This document shows positions 41,528 through 52,074 of a DNA stretch of 64,000 bases, in pieces. A program made the position numbers and the translations under genes. The stretch covers positions 26,042 through 90,041 of the forward strand of contig JARLGO010000222.1 in assembly GCA_031292655.1 (NCBI GenBank), in the 5' to 3' direction. Every line of letters begins with the position of its first letter. Within the stretch, counting starts at the first letter, position 1. This DNA is from Geothrix sp. (GTDB taxonomy: Bacteria; Acidobacteriota; Holophagae; Holophagales; Holophagaceae). Below the pieces are notes generated by a model that had not been told where the DNA came from, made no database searches, and saw nothing but the letters and a program-made list of their open reading frames with translations.

Positions 41528-42294
41528 ACCAGCCCAAAATCCGCATCCGGGGCCTGAAAAAAGCCTTCGGGCCAAAAGTCGTGCTGGACGGGATCGACCT
41601 CGACATCATGCCCGGCACCGGCATGGTGGTGATCGGCGGTTCGGGCACCGGCAAATCCGTGCTGATCAAATCCATCCTCGGCCTGGTAACGCCCGATTCC
41701 GGCGTGATCGAGATTGACGGGGAGGACGTGTTGAAAGCCACGCGGTCGCGGGCGAAAGAGTTGCGCGGCCAGATTGGCATGCTGTTCCAGAACGGCGCCC
41801 TGTTCGACAGCCTGACCGTGTGGGAAAATATCGCCTTCGGCCTGCTGGCGGAAAAAAAGATCAAGCGCAATGCCGCCCGCGGCAAGGCGATCGAAGTCCT
41901 GGCCCAGGTCGGTCTGGACGCCGGGGTCGCCGATCTGGCGCCGTCGGAGCTTTCCGGTGGGATGCAAAAGCGCGTCGCCCTGGCGCGCGCGATCGCCTCC
42001 GAACCGGCGATCATGTTCTTCGACGAGCCAACAACCGGGCTGGACCCGATCATGGGCGCGGTGATCGACGAGTTGATCGTCGATTGCGTCAAGCGCCTGG
42101 GCAGCACCTCGATTGCGATCACCCACGACATGGCCAGCGCCCAGCGCATCGGCGACAATGCCGCGATGCTCTACCAGGGCCGCGTAAGCTGGACCGGTCC
42201 GGCCGGCGAGCTGATGACCTGCCCCGACCCGGTGGTGGACCAGTTCACCCATGGCCGCGCGCAAGGGCCCATCACCATGGCGCTGCGGAAGTAA
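41524..42294 (+). CDS. mlaF: Lipid asymmetry ABC ATPase
   Basis: GGSGTGKS, FQNGALFDS, LSGGMQKR, DEPTTGLDP. Confidence 0.93.
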   Translation: MNQPKIRIRGLKKAFGPKVVLDGIDLDIMPGTGMVVIGGSGTGKSVLIKSILGLVTPDSGVIEIDGEDVLKATRSRAKELRGQIGMLFQNGALFDSLTVWENIAFGLLAEKKIKRNAARGKAIEVLAQVGLDAGVADLAPSELSGGMQKRVALARAIASEPAIMFFDEPTTGLDPIMGAVIDELIVDCVKRLGSTSIAITHDMASAQRIGDNAAMLYQGRVSWTGPAGELMTCPDPVVDQFTHGRAQGPITMALRK

Positions 42295-42296
42295 GT

Positions 42297-43700
42297 TTAG
42301 CGTTCCTTCACCTGATACGGCACCACGCCGCGCTCGGCGGTGCCCATGTCCAGCCCCGTGCCCATGGGCGGCACCGAGCGATGGCGGCAATTCGTGCGCT
42401 CGCAGGCGCGGCAGCCGGGGCCGATCGGGTCCACCGCCTGTGGCGAGGCCATGTTCAGCCCCTCGGCATAGACCGTCTGTTCCGCGTAGGTGATCTCGCA
42501 CCCCAGCACCACCGCCACCGCGCGCGGCCGCGCCAGATACGACCCGCCGCTGCGCCCCACCGTGCGGGCGATGTTCAGGTAAGTCACATTATCCGGCGTA
42601 CTGGCCAGCTGCACCAATATCTCCCCGGGCCGCGCGAAGGCCCGGTACACGTTCCACAGCGGGCACGGCCCACCGAACTGCGCGAACTGAAACCGCGTGG
42701 CGCTGGAACGCTTGAGGATATTCCCGGCGATGTCGGTCTTCGCGAAATAGAACGGAATCCCCGGCAAGCCCGGCCGCTGCATGGTGCTCAGGCGGTGGCA
42801 CACCTGCTCGAAACTGGCCCCGAAGGCGCGTTGCAGCCGCTGGATATCGTAATGCGCCAGCCGCGCGGCCTCGTGGAAGCGCCGATAAGGCAGCATCAGC
42901 GCGCCCGCGAAATAATTGGCCAGCGCGATGCGCGCCAGCCCCCGCGCCTCGTCGGACGTAAACGTAACCCGGCGCAGCTCCTTCTCGATCAGCTCTTTCT
43001 TCTCCAGCTGACCGATGACATGCGCCAGCCAGAAGGTCTCGCTCTCCGGCGCCGCATCCTCGGCCAGATACAACCGCTTGCCGCTGCGGCTAAGGCGCCA
43101 GAACATCCCCGCGGTAAGCAACCCGCCCGAGGTGCTGGTGGTTATGCCGTGCGTGTCGCGCAGATAGCGGCGCAGGTCATCGCGCAACGTAACCGTAGAG
43201 AAATGATTGTCCTCGAACACCATTTCGGCCGCACGGTCCAGCGCCTCGAAATGATTGGTACGGGACTGCACCCAATCGCGCACCTCATCGTAAGGAAAAC
43301 GCGGCAGCGTCGGCGCCGGGGTGGCGCTTTGCTCGCCCTGCGCGGTGTAGGCGCGGTAGAGCGTCATGAACGCCTCGGCCATGGCGGGAGCGGCGCGCAC
43401 CAATGCCCCCACCTCGCTTTGCACGCCACGGATGGAGCGGAACAGCGGATCGGCCAGATCCTCGCGCAGCTGCGCCTCGCGCCGCGCATCCTCGCTATCC
43501 TCGAAGTAAGTTTTCGGCACCTTGAGAATGGCGCATAAACGGTCCAGCAGCGGAGCGGTGAGCGGCCGCTGGTCGCCCTCGATCTGGTTAAGATAGCTGG
43601 GCGAAATGGTCAGGCGTTGCGCCAGGGCGGCCTGCTTCAGCCCCACCTTTTCGCGCGCCCGGCGCAGCCGCTCACCAGCAAACATTTTCTTGCGAGTCAC
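42297..43700 (-). CDS. Short-chain acyl-CoA regulator, ScfR/PccR/PrpR family (XRE HTH + C-terminal Cys cluster)
   Basis: [38 protein letters not shown]; divergent from prpD. Confidence 0.92.
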   Translation of the reverse strand: MTRKKMFAGERLRRAREKVGLKQAALAQRLTISPSYLNQIEGDQRPLTAPLLDRLCAILKVPKTYFEDSEDARREAQLREDLADPLFRSIRGVQSEVGALVRAAPAMAEAFMTLYRAYTAQGEQSATPAPTLPRFPYDEVRDWVQSRTNHFEALDRAAEMVFEDNHFSTVTLRDDLRRYLRDTHGITTSTSGGLLTAGMFWRLSRSGKRLYLAEDAAPESETFWLAHVIGQLEKKELIEKELRRVTFTSDEARGLARIALANYFAGALMLPYRRFHEAARLAHYDIQRLQRAFGASFEQVCHRLSTMQRPGLPGIPFYFAKTDIAGNILKRSSATRFQFAQFGGPCPLWNVYRAFARPGEILVQLASTPDNVTYLNIARTVGRSGGSYLARPRAVAVVLGCEITYAEQTVYAEGLNMASPQAVDPIGPGCRACERTNCRHRSVPPMGTGLDMGTAERGVVPYQVKER

Positions 43701-43709
43701 CCCCCAACA

Positions 43710-43726
43710 TTTGCAAAATTAACAAA
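43710..43726. promoter_or_regulatory. PrpR/PccR-type operator TTTGCAAA plus degenerate TTAACAAA
   Basis: Palindrome TTTGCAAA in the divergent gap; this octamer is known for ScfR-family regulators. Confidence 0.65.
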
Positions 43727-43822
43727 ACACGGCAAGACCTTTACTCTTATCCGCAAGGCAAACGCTGGACTGAGCAGGCAATAAACGCAAAGAGAAGGCC
43801 AACCCAAGGAGCTAGTCAGGTC

Positions 43823-45325
43823 GTGAAACTTCACGAGGTCCGCGTTTACCCCTCGAAAGAGCCGCTGAAGCGCGACGACCAACTGGCGTGGCAGATCGCG
43901 GGCGTGGCCGCCGACAAGGTGGGCGTGACCAAAGAGGTCACGAACATGGTCATCAACCGGATCATCGACAACGCCGCCGTGGCCGTTGCCTCCCTTAACC
44001 GCCGTCCGGCCGTCTCGGCCCGCGGCGCGGCCTTGGGCCACATGAAGAAGACCGGCGGCGCGCAGATCTTCGGCGCCCCGGCCCGCGTGACCGTGAGCCC
44101 CGAATGGGCCGCCTGGGCCAACGGCACCGCCGTGCGCGAGCTGGACTATCACGACACCTTCCTCGCCGCCGACTACTCCCATCCGGGCGACAATATTCCC
44201 CCTATCCTGGCCGTCGCGCAGGCGCTGGAGAAATCCGGCAAGGACCTGATCCGCGGCATCGCCACCGGCTATGAGATCCATGTGAATCTGGTGAAGGGCA
44301 TCTGCCTGCACGAGCACAAGATCGACCATATCGCCCATCTCTGCCCGGCCCAGGCCGCGGGTATCGGCACCCTGCTCAAGCTGAAGCAGGAGGTCATCTA
44401 TCAGGCGGTGCAGCAGGCGGTGCATGTCTCCTTCACCACCCGCCAGTCCCGCAAGGGCGAAATCTCCTCCTGGAAGGCCTTTGCCCCTGCCCATGCCGGC
44501 AAGCTGGCCGTCGAGGCCGTGGACCGCGCGATGCGCGGCGAGGGTTCGCCCTCCCCGATCTACGAAGGCGAGGACTCCGTCATCGCCTGGATGCTGGATG
44601 GCCCCGGTGCCGTGTACCACGTGCCCCTGCCCGAGCCCGGCGAGGCCAAGCGCGCCATTCTGGACACCTACACCAAGGAACATTCCGCGGAGTATCAGGC
44701 CCAGGCGCTCATCGACCTCGCCTTCCGCATGCGCAACTCCATCGAGGATTTGGAGGTGATCGAGAAGATCGTCATCCACACCTCAAACCACACGCATACC
44801 GTGATCGGCTCCGGCGCGAACGACCCGCAGAAGATGGACCCGAAGGCCAGCCGCGAGACGCTTGACCACTCGGTCATGTACATCTTCGCCGTGGCGCTGC
44901 AGGACGGGTTCTGGAACTACAAATCCTCCTACGCGCCCAAGCGCGCCGCCCGGCCGGACACCGTGCGCCTGTGGCACAAGATCGAGACGGTGGAAGACCC
45001 CGAGTGGACCCGCCGCTACCACACGCTGGACCTCTCCGAGAAGGCGTTCGGCGGCCGCGTCGAGATCTTCTTTAAGGACGGCTCCAAGCTGGTGGACGAG
45101 ATGGCCGTCGCCAACGCGCATCCGCTGGGCGCCAAGCCCTTCGGGCGCCAGGACTATATCAACAAGTTCAAGATGCTGACGGACGGCATCATCACCACCC
45201 GCGAGAGCAATCGCTTCCTTCAGGCGGTGCAGGATCTGCCCCGCCTCGGCCCCGGCGAGCTCCCGGCCTTGAACATCGCCTTGCCGGCCGGCGCTCTCGA
45301 CGAGTCCAGGCCGGGCCTCTTCTAA
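43823..45325 (+). CDS. prpD: 2-methylcitrate dehydratase
   Basis: [32 protein letters not shown]. Confidence 0.95.
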   Translation: MKLHEVRVYPSKEPLKRDDQLAWQIAGVAADKVGVTKEVTNMVINRIIDNAAVAVASLNRRPAVSARGAALGHMKKTGGAQIFGAPARVTVSPEWAAWANGTAVRELDYHDTFLAADYSHPGDNIPPILAVAQALEKSGKDLIRGIATGYEIHVNLVKGICLHEHKIDHIAHLCPAQAAGIGTLLKLKQEVIYQAVQQAVHVSFTTRQSRKGEISSWKAFAPAHAGKLAVEAVDRAMRGEGSPSPIYEGEDSVIAWMLDGPGAVYHVPLPEPGEAKRAILDTYTKEHSAEYQAQALIDLAFRMRNSIEDLEVIEKIVIHTSNHTHTVIGSGANDPQKMDPKASRETLDHSVMYIFAVALQDGFWNYKSSYAPKRAARPDTVRLWHKIETVEDPEWTRRYHTLDLSEKAFGGRVEIFFKDGSKLVDEMAVANAHPLGAKPFGRQDYINKFKMLTDGIITTRESNRFLQAVQDLPRLGPGELPALNIALPAGALDESRPGLF

Positions 45326-45415
45326 ACCCTCTGTGCTAGCGTCCGGCATATCCGTGCATGCCGGGCGCAACCAAAGGGGGAACGTCTTTGAACTTCTTGC
45401 AAAAAAGGGAAAGCA

Positions 45416-46564
45416 ATGAACGAAACATCCACGCTGCCGAAACCGAAGAAATCCGTCGCCCTCTCCGGCGTTGCCGCTGGCAACACCGCGCTCTGCACCG
45501 TCGGGCGCAGCGGCAACGACCTTCACTACCGCGGCTATGACATCCTGGACTTCGCCGACAGCGCCGAGTTCGAGGAAATCGCCCATCTGCTCGTGCACGG
45601 CACCCTGCCGAACATCGCCGAGTTGGCGGCCTACAAGGCCAAGCTGAAATCCCTGCGTGGCCTGCCCGCCGCCGCCAAGGCCGTGCTGGAGCAGATCCCC
45701 GCCGCCGCCCACCCGATGGACGTGATGCGCACCTATGTGTCCGCACTCGGCACCATCCTGCCCGAGGCGCATGACCACAACCAGCCCGGCGCCAAGGACA
45801 TCGCCGACAAGCTGATGGCCTCGCTCGGCTCCGCGCTGCTGTACTGGTACCATTTCTCCACCAACGGCAAGCGCATCGAGGTCGAGACCGACGACGACTC
45901 CATCGGCGGCCACTTCCTGCACCTGCTGCACGGCGAGGCCCCGCGTGAGAGCTGGGTGCGCGCCATGCACACCTCGCTCATCCTCTACGCCGAGCATGAG
46001 TTCAACGCCTCCACCTTCACCTGCCGCGTCGTCGCGGGCACGGGGTCGGACTTCTACTCCGCCATCGCCGGTGGCATTGGCGCGCTGCGTGGGCCGAAGC
46101 ATGGCGGCGCCAACGAGGTCGCCTTCGAGATCCAGAAGCGCTACAACACCCCGGACGAGGCGGAAATCGACATCCGCCAGCGCGTCGCCAACAAGGAAGT
46201 GGTGATCGGCTTCGGCCACCCGGTGTACACCATCTCCGACCCGCGCAACGTCGTGATCAAGCGCGTTGCCAAGCACCTCTCCGATGAGGCGCGCTCCACC
46301 AAGATGTACGACATCGCCGAGCGTCTTGAGAGCGTGATGAAGGAAGTGAAGAACATGTTCCCGAACCTCGACTGGTTCTCGGCCGTGTCCTACCACATGA
46401 TGGGCGTGCCGACCGCCATGTTCACCCCGCTCTTCGTGATTTCGCGCACCTCCGGCTGGAGCGCGCATGTCATCGAGCAGCGCGTTGACGGCAAGATCAT
46501 TCGCCCCTCCGCCAACTATGTCGGGCCGGAAAACCTGACATTCGCTCCCCTGGCGGACCGCTAA
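45416..46564 (+). CDS. prpC: 2-methylcitrate synthase
   Basis: [43 protein letters not shown]. Confidence 0.96.
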   Translation: MNETSTLPKPKKSVALSGVAAGNTALCTVGRSGNDLHYRGYDILDFADSAEFEEIAHLLVHGTLPNIAELAAYKAKLKSLRGLPAAAKAVLEQIPAAAHPMDVMRTYVSALGTILPEAHDHNQPGAKDIADKLMASLGSALLYWYHFSTNGKRIEVETDDDSIGGHFLHLLHGEAPRESWVRAMHTSLILYAEHEFNASTFTCRVVAGTGSDFYSAIAGGIGALRGPKHGGANEVAFEIQKRYNTPDEAEIDIRQRVANKEVVIGFGHPVYTISDPRNVVIKRVAKHLSDEARSTKMYDIAERLESVMKEVKNMFPNLDWFSAVSYHMMGVPTAMFTPLFVISRTSGWSAHVIEQRVDGKIIRPSANYVGPENLTFAPLADR

Positions 46565-46572
46565 TTCCTGCG

Positions 46573-46601
46573 CCCCGCCAAGGCAACTTGGCGGGGTTTT
46601 T
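46573..46601 (+). terminator. Terminator-like hairpin between prpC and prpB
   Basis: CCCCGCCAAG-GCAA-CTTGGCGGGG followed by TTTTT. Confidence 0.7.
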
Positions 46602-46606
46602 AGTTT

Positions 46607-47533
46607 ATGGAGACTACCATGACTTATCTGAGCGCTTCTTCTTATTCCCACGTCCCGGCGGGCGACCGCTTCCGCGCCCTGCTGGCCAAGCCGGGCATTC
46701 TGGGCATCCCCGGCACCCATAACGGCCTCGCCTCGCAGCAGGCGCGCAATGCGGGCTTCGAGGCCTGCTACCTCTCCGGCGCGGCGATGACCGCCTCCAT
46801 GGGCCTGCCGGATCTCGGCATCATCACCGTCGATGAAGTCGCCTTCTTCATCCGCCAGGTCACCCGCGCCTCCGGCCTGCCGGTGCTGGTGGATGGCGAC
46901 ACCGGCTACGGTGAAGCCCTGAACGTGATGCACATGGTCCGCACCTTCGAGGATGCCGGTGCCGCCGCCGTGCATCTGGAAGACCAGATCCTGCCGAAGA
47001 AGTGCGGGCATCTGAACGACAAGAAGCTGGCCTCGCCCGAGGACATGGCCGCCAAGGTGGCCGCCGCCGCGCATGCCCGCCGCCATCTCTACATCATCGC
47101 CCGGACCGACGCCGCCGCCTCCGAAGGCATGGACGGCGCCGTGGCCCGCGCCAAGCTGTATATGGAAGCCGGCGCGGACGCGATCTTCCCCGAAGCACTG
47201 AACACCGAGGAAGCCTTCCGCGAGTTCGCCCGCCGCATGCCGGGCGTGCCGCTGCTGGCCAACATGACCGAGTTCGGCCGCACGCCGTTCTACACCAAGG
47301 AGCAGTTCGAGGATTTCGGCTACAAGATGATGATCTGGCCGGTGACCTCGCTGCGCGTGGCAGCACTTGCGCAGGAGAAGCTGTTCCAGGCCATCGCCAA
47401 GGACGGCGGCGCGCAGAACTGCGTGGACCAGATGCTGACCCGCAAGGATCTGTACGCCACCATCAACTATGCCGGTTTCGAGGCGCTGGACAATACCATC
47501 GTGAAGACCGTTGTCCCTGAGCCGATCAAGTAA
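46607..47533 (+). CDS. prpB: 2-methylisocitrate lyase
   Basis: YLSGAA, GLPDLG, KKCGHL, ANMTEFG; start may be 46619. Confidence 0.95.
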   Translation: METTMTYLSASSYSHVPAGDRFRALLAKPGILGIPGTHNGLASQQARNAGFEACYLSGAAMTASMGLPDLGIITVDEVAFFIRQVTRASGLPVLVDGDTGYGEALNVMHMVRTFEDAGAAAVHLEDQILPKKCGHLNDKKLASPEDMAAKVAAAAHARRHLYIIARTDAAASEGMDGAVARAKLYMEAGADAIFPEALNTEEAFREFARRMPGVPLLANMTEFGRTPFYTKEQFEDFGYKMMIWPVTSLRVAALAQEKLFQAIAKDGGAQNCVDQMLTRKDLYATINYAGFEALDNTIVKTVVPEPIK

Positions 47534-47558
47534 GCCTCGTCACTCCACAGAGTAACTG

Positions 47559-47588
47559 AAACGCGCGGGCCAAAACCTGCGCGTTTTT
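47559..47588. terminator. Bidirectional terminator between prpB and the convergent small gene
   Basis: AAACGCGCGGG...CCTGCGCGTTTTT. Confidence 0.75.
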
Positions 47589-47776
47589 CATTGCCCCGCC
47601 AGCAGCGCCTTCACAAAAGCGTAGACCACCAGAGGCACGGCGACGAGCACATAGACCCGCAGCAGCCAGAGCAACGCCACCTCCCATCCACTCAGCTTGC
47701 GGCGCGGATAGGGAATGTATTTCTGCGTGGAACGCTGCGCCGGTTCCAGTACGTCCAGGATGTCATTCTGGGTCAT
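47588..47776 (-). CDS. Small membrane protein (62 aa) coupled to Nramp-like gene
   Basis: ATGA overlap with the upstream stop; one TM helix. Confidence 0.7.
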   Translation of the reverse strand: MTQNDILDVLEPAQRSTQKYIPYPRRKLSGWEVALLWLLRVYVLVAVPLVVYAFVKALLAGQ

Positions 47777-49131
47777 GACGGAAACACCGTAAGCACGCCA
47801 TACACCGCCCCCGCCAGCGAAATGGCAATGATGATGAAACCGCCAGCAAGATTCCCAACCCGCCGATTGGCCAGATCGCCCATGATCTCGCGGTCGTTGA
47901 CCAGCAGCAGCAGGAACAGCAGCGCGGGGGCCATCAGCAGCGTGGCGATCACGTTCACGCTCAGCGTCAGCGCCAGCAGCGGCGCATGGGGGATCAGCAC
48001 GATGGCCGCCGCGAACAGCGTGGAGGCGATGGCCGCGCCGTAGAACCAGCGCCCGGTGTGGAAGTCGAGGTTCAGGCTGTGCCGGGCGGAGACAGTTTCC
48101 GCCAGGGCGTAGGAAGAGCTGGTGGAGATGGTCATCGCCGCGACGAGCCCGGCCTCCGTCATGCCCAGGGCGAACAAAGTGGCCCCGGTATGGCCGATGA
48201 GCGGCTGCAAGGCCGTGGCGAAATCAGCGCCCGAGGCGAATTGCGTAATATCGGCATGGGCGGCGAAGAGCGGCGCCGCCGCGATCACGGTGGCGATGGC
48301 CGCCACGGCGGCGATGAGCGCGCCGAGGGCGGTATCGATACGCCCCTGCATCAGGTCCGCGCGGGTGAGGCCCTTATCCACCACCGCGCTTTGCTGGAAG
48401 AAGATCATCCAGGGCGTCACCGTCGCGCCGATATTGGCCAGCATCAGCACCACGAAATCGGTACGGAACCCGCCGGGCAGCGGCCCCCATGTGGCCAGGG
48501 CATGCGCCAGTGCCGCGCCATCGGGGTGCGCCATGAGCGCCGCCGGGATGAACAGCAGATTGCCCGCCGCCAGCGCCAGCAGCGTGCGCTCCCATGTGGC
48601 GTAGCGCCGCAGGGCCAGCGAGGCGAGCACCAGCGCCACCCCCGCCCCCACCGAGACCACCGGCTTGAGCCCGAAATACAGCCCGCCCGCCTGGATGGCG
48701 ATGAACTCGGTGACAAGCGTCAATATATTGCCAAAAATCAGGTCGGCCATCGCGAAATAGCCCCAGAACGAGCCGAAACGCTGGAAGATCAGCTCCGCAT
48801 GGCCCCGGTGCGTGGCCACGCCCAGGCGCACCGTCATCTCCTGCACCACATAGGCCATGGCAAAGGTGAGTAGGATGAACGGAACGAAGAAGCCGACGCC
48901 ATACGTCGCCCCGGTGGTGGCGTAGGAGACCATGGACGGGCCGTCATTCTCGCCCAGCATGACCAGAACCCCAGGCCCGGCCAGCAGCCAAAGCAACCGC
49001 AGCCAGCGCCTCTGCGCCCTGGTTTTCTGCACGCGCAAACGGTCGCGCGCGCGCATCACATCCTCGCGCGGTACCTCACCGGCGGGGCCGCCCTGCCCAT
49101 TCATCGGCATCAGCCTCGCATTGTCAGCCAT
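47773..49131 (-). CDS. Nramp-related divalent metal transporter (NRMT-like clade)
   Basis: GPG...ENDGPSMVSYA, QEMTVRLG, IGATVTPWMIFFQQS, NDREIMG. Confidence 0.85.
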   Translation of the reverse strand: MADNARLMPMNGQGGPAGEVPREDVMRARDRLRVQKTRAQRRWLRLLWLLAGPGVLVMLGENDGPSMVSYATTGATYGVGFFVPFILLTFAMAYVVQEMTVRLGVATHRGHAELIFQRFGSFWGYFAMADLIFGNILTLVTEFIAIQAGGLYFGLKPVVSVGAGVALVLASLALRRYATWERTLLALAAGNLLFIPAALMAHPDGAALAHALATWGPLPGGFRTDFVVLMLANIGATVTPWMIFFQQSAVVDKGLTRADLMQGRIDTALGALIAAVAAIATVIAAAPLFAAHADITQFASGADFATALQPLIGHTGATLFALGMTEAGLVAAMTISTSSSYALAETVSARHSLNLDFHTGRWFYGAAIASTLFAAAIVLIPHAPLLALTLSVNVIATLLMAPALLFLLLLVNDREIMGDLANRRVGNLAGGFIIIAISLAGAVYGVLTVFPS

Positions 49132-49216
49132 GTTGAAAACCTAGCCTTGCACAAGGTTTCGTCAAGGGACGTCCGCCCCCTCCCCGGCAGCGGCGCAATG
49201 CCGTATCATCTGCATC

Positions 49217-49687
49217 ATGCCTCATGACCATGCTGCCCACAGCGAGCGCGACATCCCGGCCCTGCTGGCTGCAGCGGAACAACTCTGCACCAAGCACGGC
49301 ACGCAGCTTACGGCCCTGCGGCGGGAGGTGCTGGAGCTGATCCTGCACGCGGAGGCGCCGGTTACCGCGTACCAGCTGCTCGACCAGCTCCGGGAAGTGC
49401 GTAAATCCGCTGTGCCGCCCACGGTTTACCGCGCGCTGGACTTCCTGCTCGCCAACCGGCTGATCCACCGCATCGAGCGGCTGAACGCCTTCATCCCCTG
49501 CGCCGAGGCCGACCACGAGCATAACGACGTACAATTCCTGATCTGCCGCAAATGCGGCACGGTGATGGAGATCGAGGATCACGGCATCTCCGCAGCACTT
49601 GCCAAGGCGGCGGCGGCCCACGGGTTCCACCCGGCCAAGGCCATTGTGGAACTGGACGGGATCTGCGCCGCCTGCGCTAAGGACTAA
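49217..49687 (+). CDS. zur: Zinc uptake regulator (Fur family)
   Basis: LTALRREVL, PPTVYRALDFL, HRIERLNAF, CRKC and C..C. Confidence 0.92.
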   Translation: MPHDHAAHSERDIPALLAAAEQLCTKHGTQLTALRREVLELILHAEAPVTAYQLLDQLREVRKSAVPPTVYRALDFLLANRLIHRIERLNAFIPCAEADHEHNDVQFLICRKCGTVMEIEDHGISAALAKAAAAHGFHPAKAIVELDGICAACAKD

Positions 49688-50468
49688 CCCGCCGCTTCAG
49701 CCGCGCTGCCAGATAGGCCGCAGCCGAGAGCGTGCCGACAAAGAAGCCCGACGGAAGCCCCGTAAGATAGGCCAAAGCCAGCGCCGCCCAGGCGATGAGC
49801 AACGCCAGCATTATGCTCAACCCCAAAGCGGGCAGCGGGGCGCGGACCAGATTGCGCGCCGCCGCAGCCGGGCCGACCATCAGGGTGAACACCAGCAGCG
49901 CCCCGGCGATGGGCAGCGCCACGGCGGATGTCACGGCCAGCAGGCCGAGGAACAGCAAATCGAGCCACGCGCCGGAGAGGCCGCGCGCGGAGGCGAGGTC
50001 GGGGGCCAGGGCGCTATAGGTGAGCGGGCGGAAGCAGAGCAGCAGCACAACCGGCACACCAATGCCAATACCGAAGGCGGGCGGCAGATCCGCCGCGCCA
50101 ACGCCGAGGATCTGCCCAAACAGCAGGGCATAAACCGCGTTGCTGTACTGGCCCGAGAGGCTAAGAAACAGCGCCCCCAACCCGAGCAACGCCACCAGCA
50201 CCAGGGCCGTGGCGGCGTCGGGCCTCTGGGCGCGCTTCAGCCAAGCCAGCCCCGCCACGCCACCCAGCGCGAACACCGCCAGCCCGTAGAACCGCGCGAT
50301 GCCCAGCAGCCCGGCCAGCGCCGCGCCGGGAAACGCCGCCATGGGCAGCGCGTGCGCCGCGAAACCCGCGCCGCGCAGCACCACGAAATATCCCGCACAA
50401 CCCGCGGCCAGGGCCACCAGCGTGGCGACGATCCAGGCATCCAGCATATAGGGCGCGAACATGCTCAC
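49677..50468 (-). CDS. Metal (Zn/Mn) ABC transporter permease
   Basis: VVLRGAGFAAHAL, LLFGQILGV, GALLVFTLMVGPAAAA; start 50468 (GTG) or 50462. Confidence 0.88.
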   Translation of the reverse strand: MSMFAPYMLDAWIVATLVALAAGCAGYFVVLRGAGFAAHALPMAAFPGAALAGLLGIARFYGLAVFALGGVAGLAWLKRAQRPDAATALVLVALLGLGALFLSLSGQYSNAVYALLFGQILGVGAADLPPAFGIGIGVPVVLLLCFRPLTYSALAPDLASARGLSGAWLDLLFLGLLAVTSAVALPIAGALLVFTLMVGPAAAARNLVRAPLPALGLSIMLALLIAWAALALAYLTGLPSGFFVGTLSAAAYLAARLKRRVSP

Positions 50469-51304
50469 CCCCGCCTGACCAGCGAGGCCGCAGCATAAAC
50501 CGCCAGCACCAGAGCCGTGATGAAGAAGCTCACCGGCCAGACATGCCCCGGCGTCCAGCCATAGCTCTGATACGCTAGCCACACCCCGCCCCAGGCACAG
50601 AACAGCCCGAGCAGCGCGGCCAACCCCATGGCCGCCGCAGGACTGCGCGCCAGCCGCAACGCCGAAGCCGCCGGGCCGATGAGCAGGGCGGTGGAGAGGA
50701 TCGCCCCCACCGCCATGGCGGAGAGCGTGACCGCCAGGGCCAGAAGCAACAGATAGGCCGCGCCGAGCAGCCTAGTATTCACCCCGTCGGCCTTGGCGAG
50801 TTCTCCGTCCAGCGAGGCCAGCAGCAGCGGGCGGTAAATCAGCCCCAGTCCCACCAATCCGGCCAAAGCGCCCAGCGCCACCGCTACGCCCAAGCCGGGC
50901 GGCGCGGCGAAGATCGAGCCGAACATCACCGACACCGCCGCACCGGCGCTGCCTTTCACGGTTACGTCCAGGTAGAGCAGCAGCGCCGTCACCCCCATTC
51001 CGGCACCGAGCACGATTCCCGCCGCCAGATCCCGCTCCGCCGCACGGCGGGTGCCGATGGCCTCCAGCGCCAGCGCCCCCAGCACCGAGAGGCTGAAGAA
51101 CCCCAGCAGCGGGCTGATGCCCAGCAGATACGCCATCGCCCCGCCCGCAGAGCTGACATCGGCCAGCGCATGCCCGGCGAAGGACTGGCTGCGCAGCACG
51201 GTAAACACGCCCGCCGCACCCGAGAGCAGCGCCGCCCCCGCCCCGATGAGCAGCGCGTTCTGCACCGGCACACTAGCCAGGAATCCCGGCTGCAACAGCG
51301 TCAT
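50465..51304 (-). CDS. Metal (Zn/Mn) ABC transporter permease
   Basis: VLRSQSFAGHAL, MFGSI, YRPLLLASLD, GAILSTALLIGPA. Confidence 0.88.
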   Translation of the reverse strand: MTLLQPGFLASVPVQNALLIGAGAALLSGAAGVFTVLRSQSFAGHALADVSSAGGAMAYLLGISPLLGFFSLSVLGALALEAIGTRRAAERDLAAGIVLGAGMGVTALLLYLDVTVKGSAGAAVSVMFGSIFAAPPGLGVAVALGALAGLVGLGLIYRPLLLASLDGELAKADGVNTRLLGAAYLLLLALAVTLSAMAVGAILSTALLIGPAASALRLARSPAAAMGLAALLGLFCAWGGVWLAYQSYGWTPGHVWPVSFFITALVLAVYAAASLVRRG

Positions 51305-52074
51305 GGAATCGCCGCCACGTGCTCATGCCCGTGCGCGCCGTGCTCCCCGGCCACGACAAGGATGCGCTCATGCACGCGGATCACGTCGATATGGTAGCCA
51401 TACAGGGCCGAGAGAACCTCGGTGCGCACCACGTCCTGGGTCTTGCCGCTGGCGGCGCGGCCATTGGCCAGATACACGATGCGGTCCATGGCGTTGAGCA
51501 GCGGGTTCATGTCATGCGCCGAGATCAGCACCGCCACACCCTGCGCCGCCACGCGCTTGAGCAGCGCGATGATCTCGGCCGCAGCGCGAAGATCGAGATT
51601 GGCCAGCGGCTCGTCCAGCAACAGCAATTTCGGTGCGCGGATCAGCGCATGGGCGATGAGCACACGCTGCTGCTGCCCGCCGGAAAGCTCGCCAATGCGC
51701 TGGTCGGCGAAGCCCTGCGCATCCACGGCGGCGAGCATTTCCTCCACCCGCGCCCGGCGCTCGCGTGAGGGGAAGGGGAAACCGAAGCGGTGCCCGTTCA
51801 AGCCCAGCTCGACAAAATCCCGCGCCCGGACCGGCATGTCCGGATCCAGCTGCAATTTCTGCGGCACGTAGCCCACCACGCCGCCCAGCGTGACGCGCCC
51901 GGCGCTGGGGGCGGTAAAGCCGAGGATGGTGCGCAGCAGCGTCGTTTTGCCCGAGCCATTGGCGCCGATCAGCCCGCAAAACGCGCCCGGCGCCAGGGAG
52001 AAGCCGACATCGCGCAGCACCTCCCGTCCGCCGAGCGCGACGCTGACCCCCTCGACGCTAAGGGCCGGTGTCAC
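51301..52074 (-). CDS. Metal ABC transporter ATPase (ZnuC-like)
   Basis: GANGSGKT, YVPQ, LSGGQQQR, DEP, His-rich tail. Confidence 0.9.
   Translation of the reverse strand: MTPALSVEGVSVALGGREVLRDVGFSLAPGAFCGLIGANGSGKTTLLRTILGFTAPSAGRVTLGGVVGYVPQKLQLDPDMPVRARDFVELGLNGHRFGFPFPSRERRARVEEMLAAVDAQGFADQRIGELSGGQQQRVLIAHALIRAPKLLLLDEPLANLDLRAAAEIIALLKRVAAQGVAVLISAHDMNPLLNAMDRIVYLANGRAASGKTQDVVRTEVLSALYGYHIDVIRVHERILVVAGEHGAHGHEHVAAIP

Noticed and set aside
44783-47086. 767-aa minus-strand ORF
   Set aside because: Antisense shadow of prpD/prpC/prpB
49132-49216. Possible Zur box in the Nramp/zur divergent gap
   Set aside because: No convincing TGTTATA-N-TATAACA palindrome
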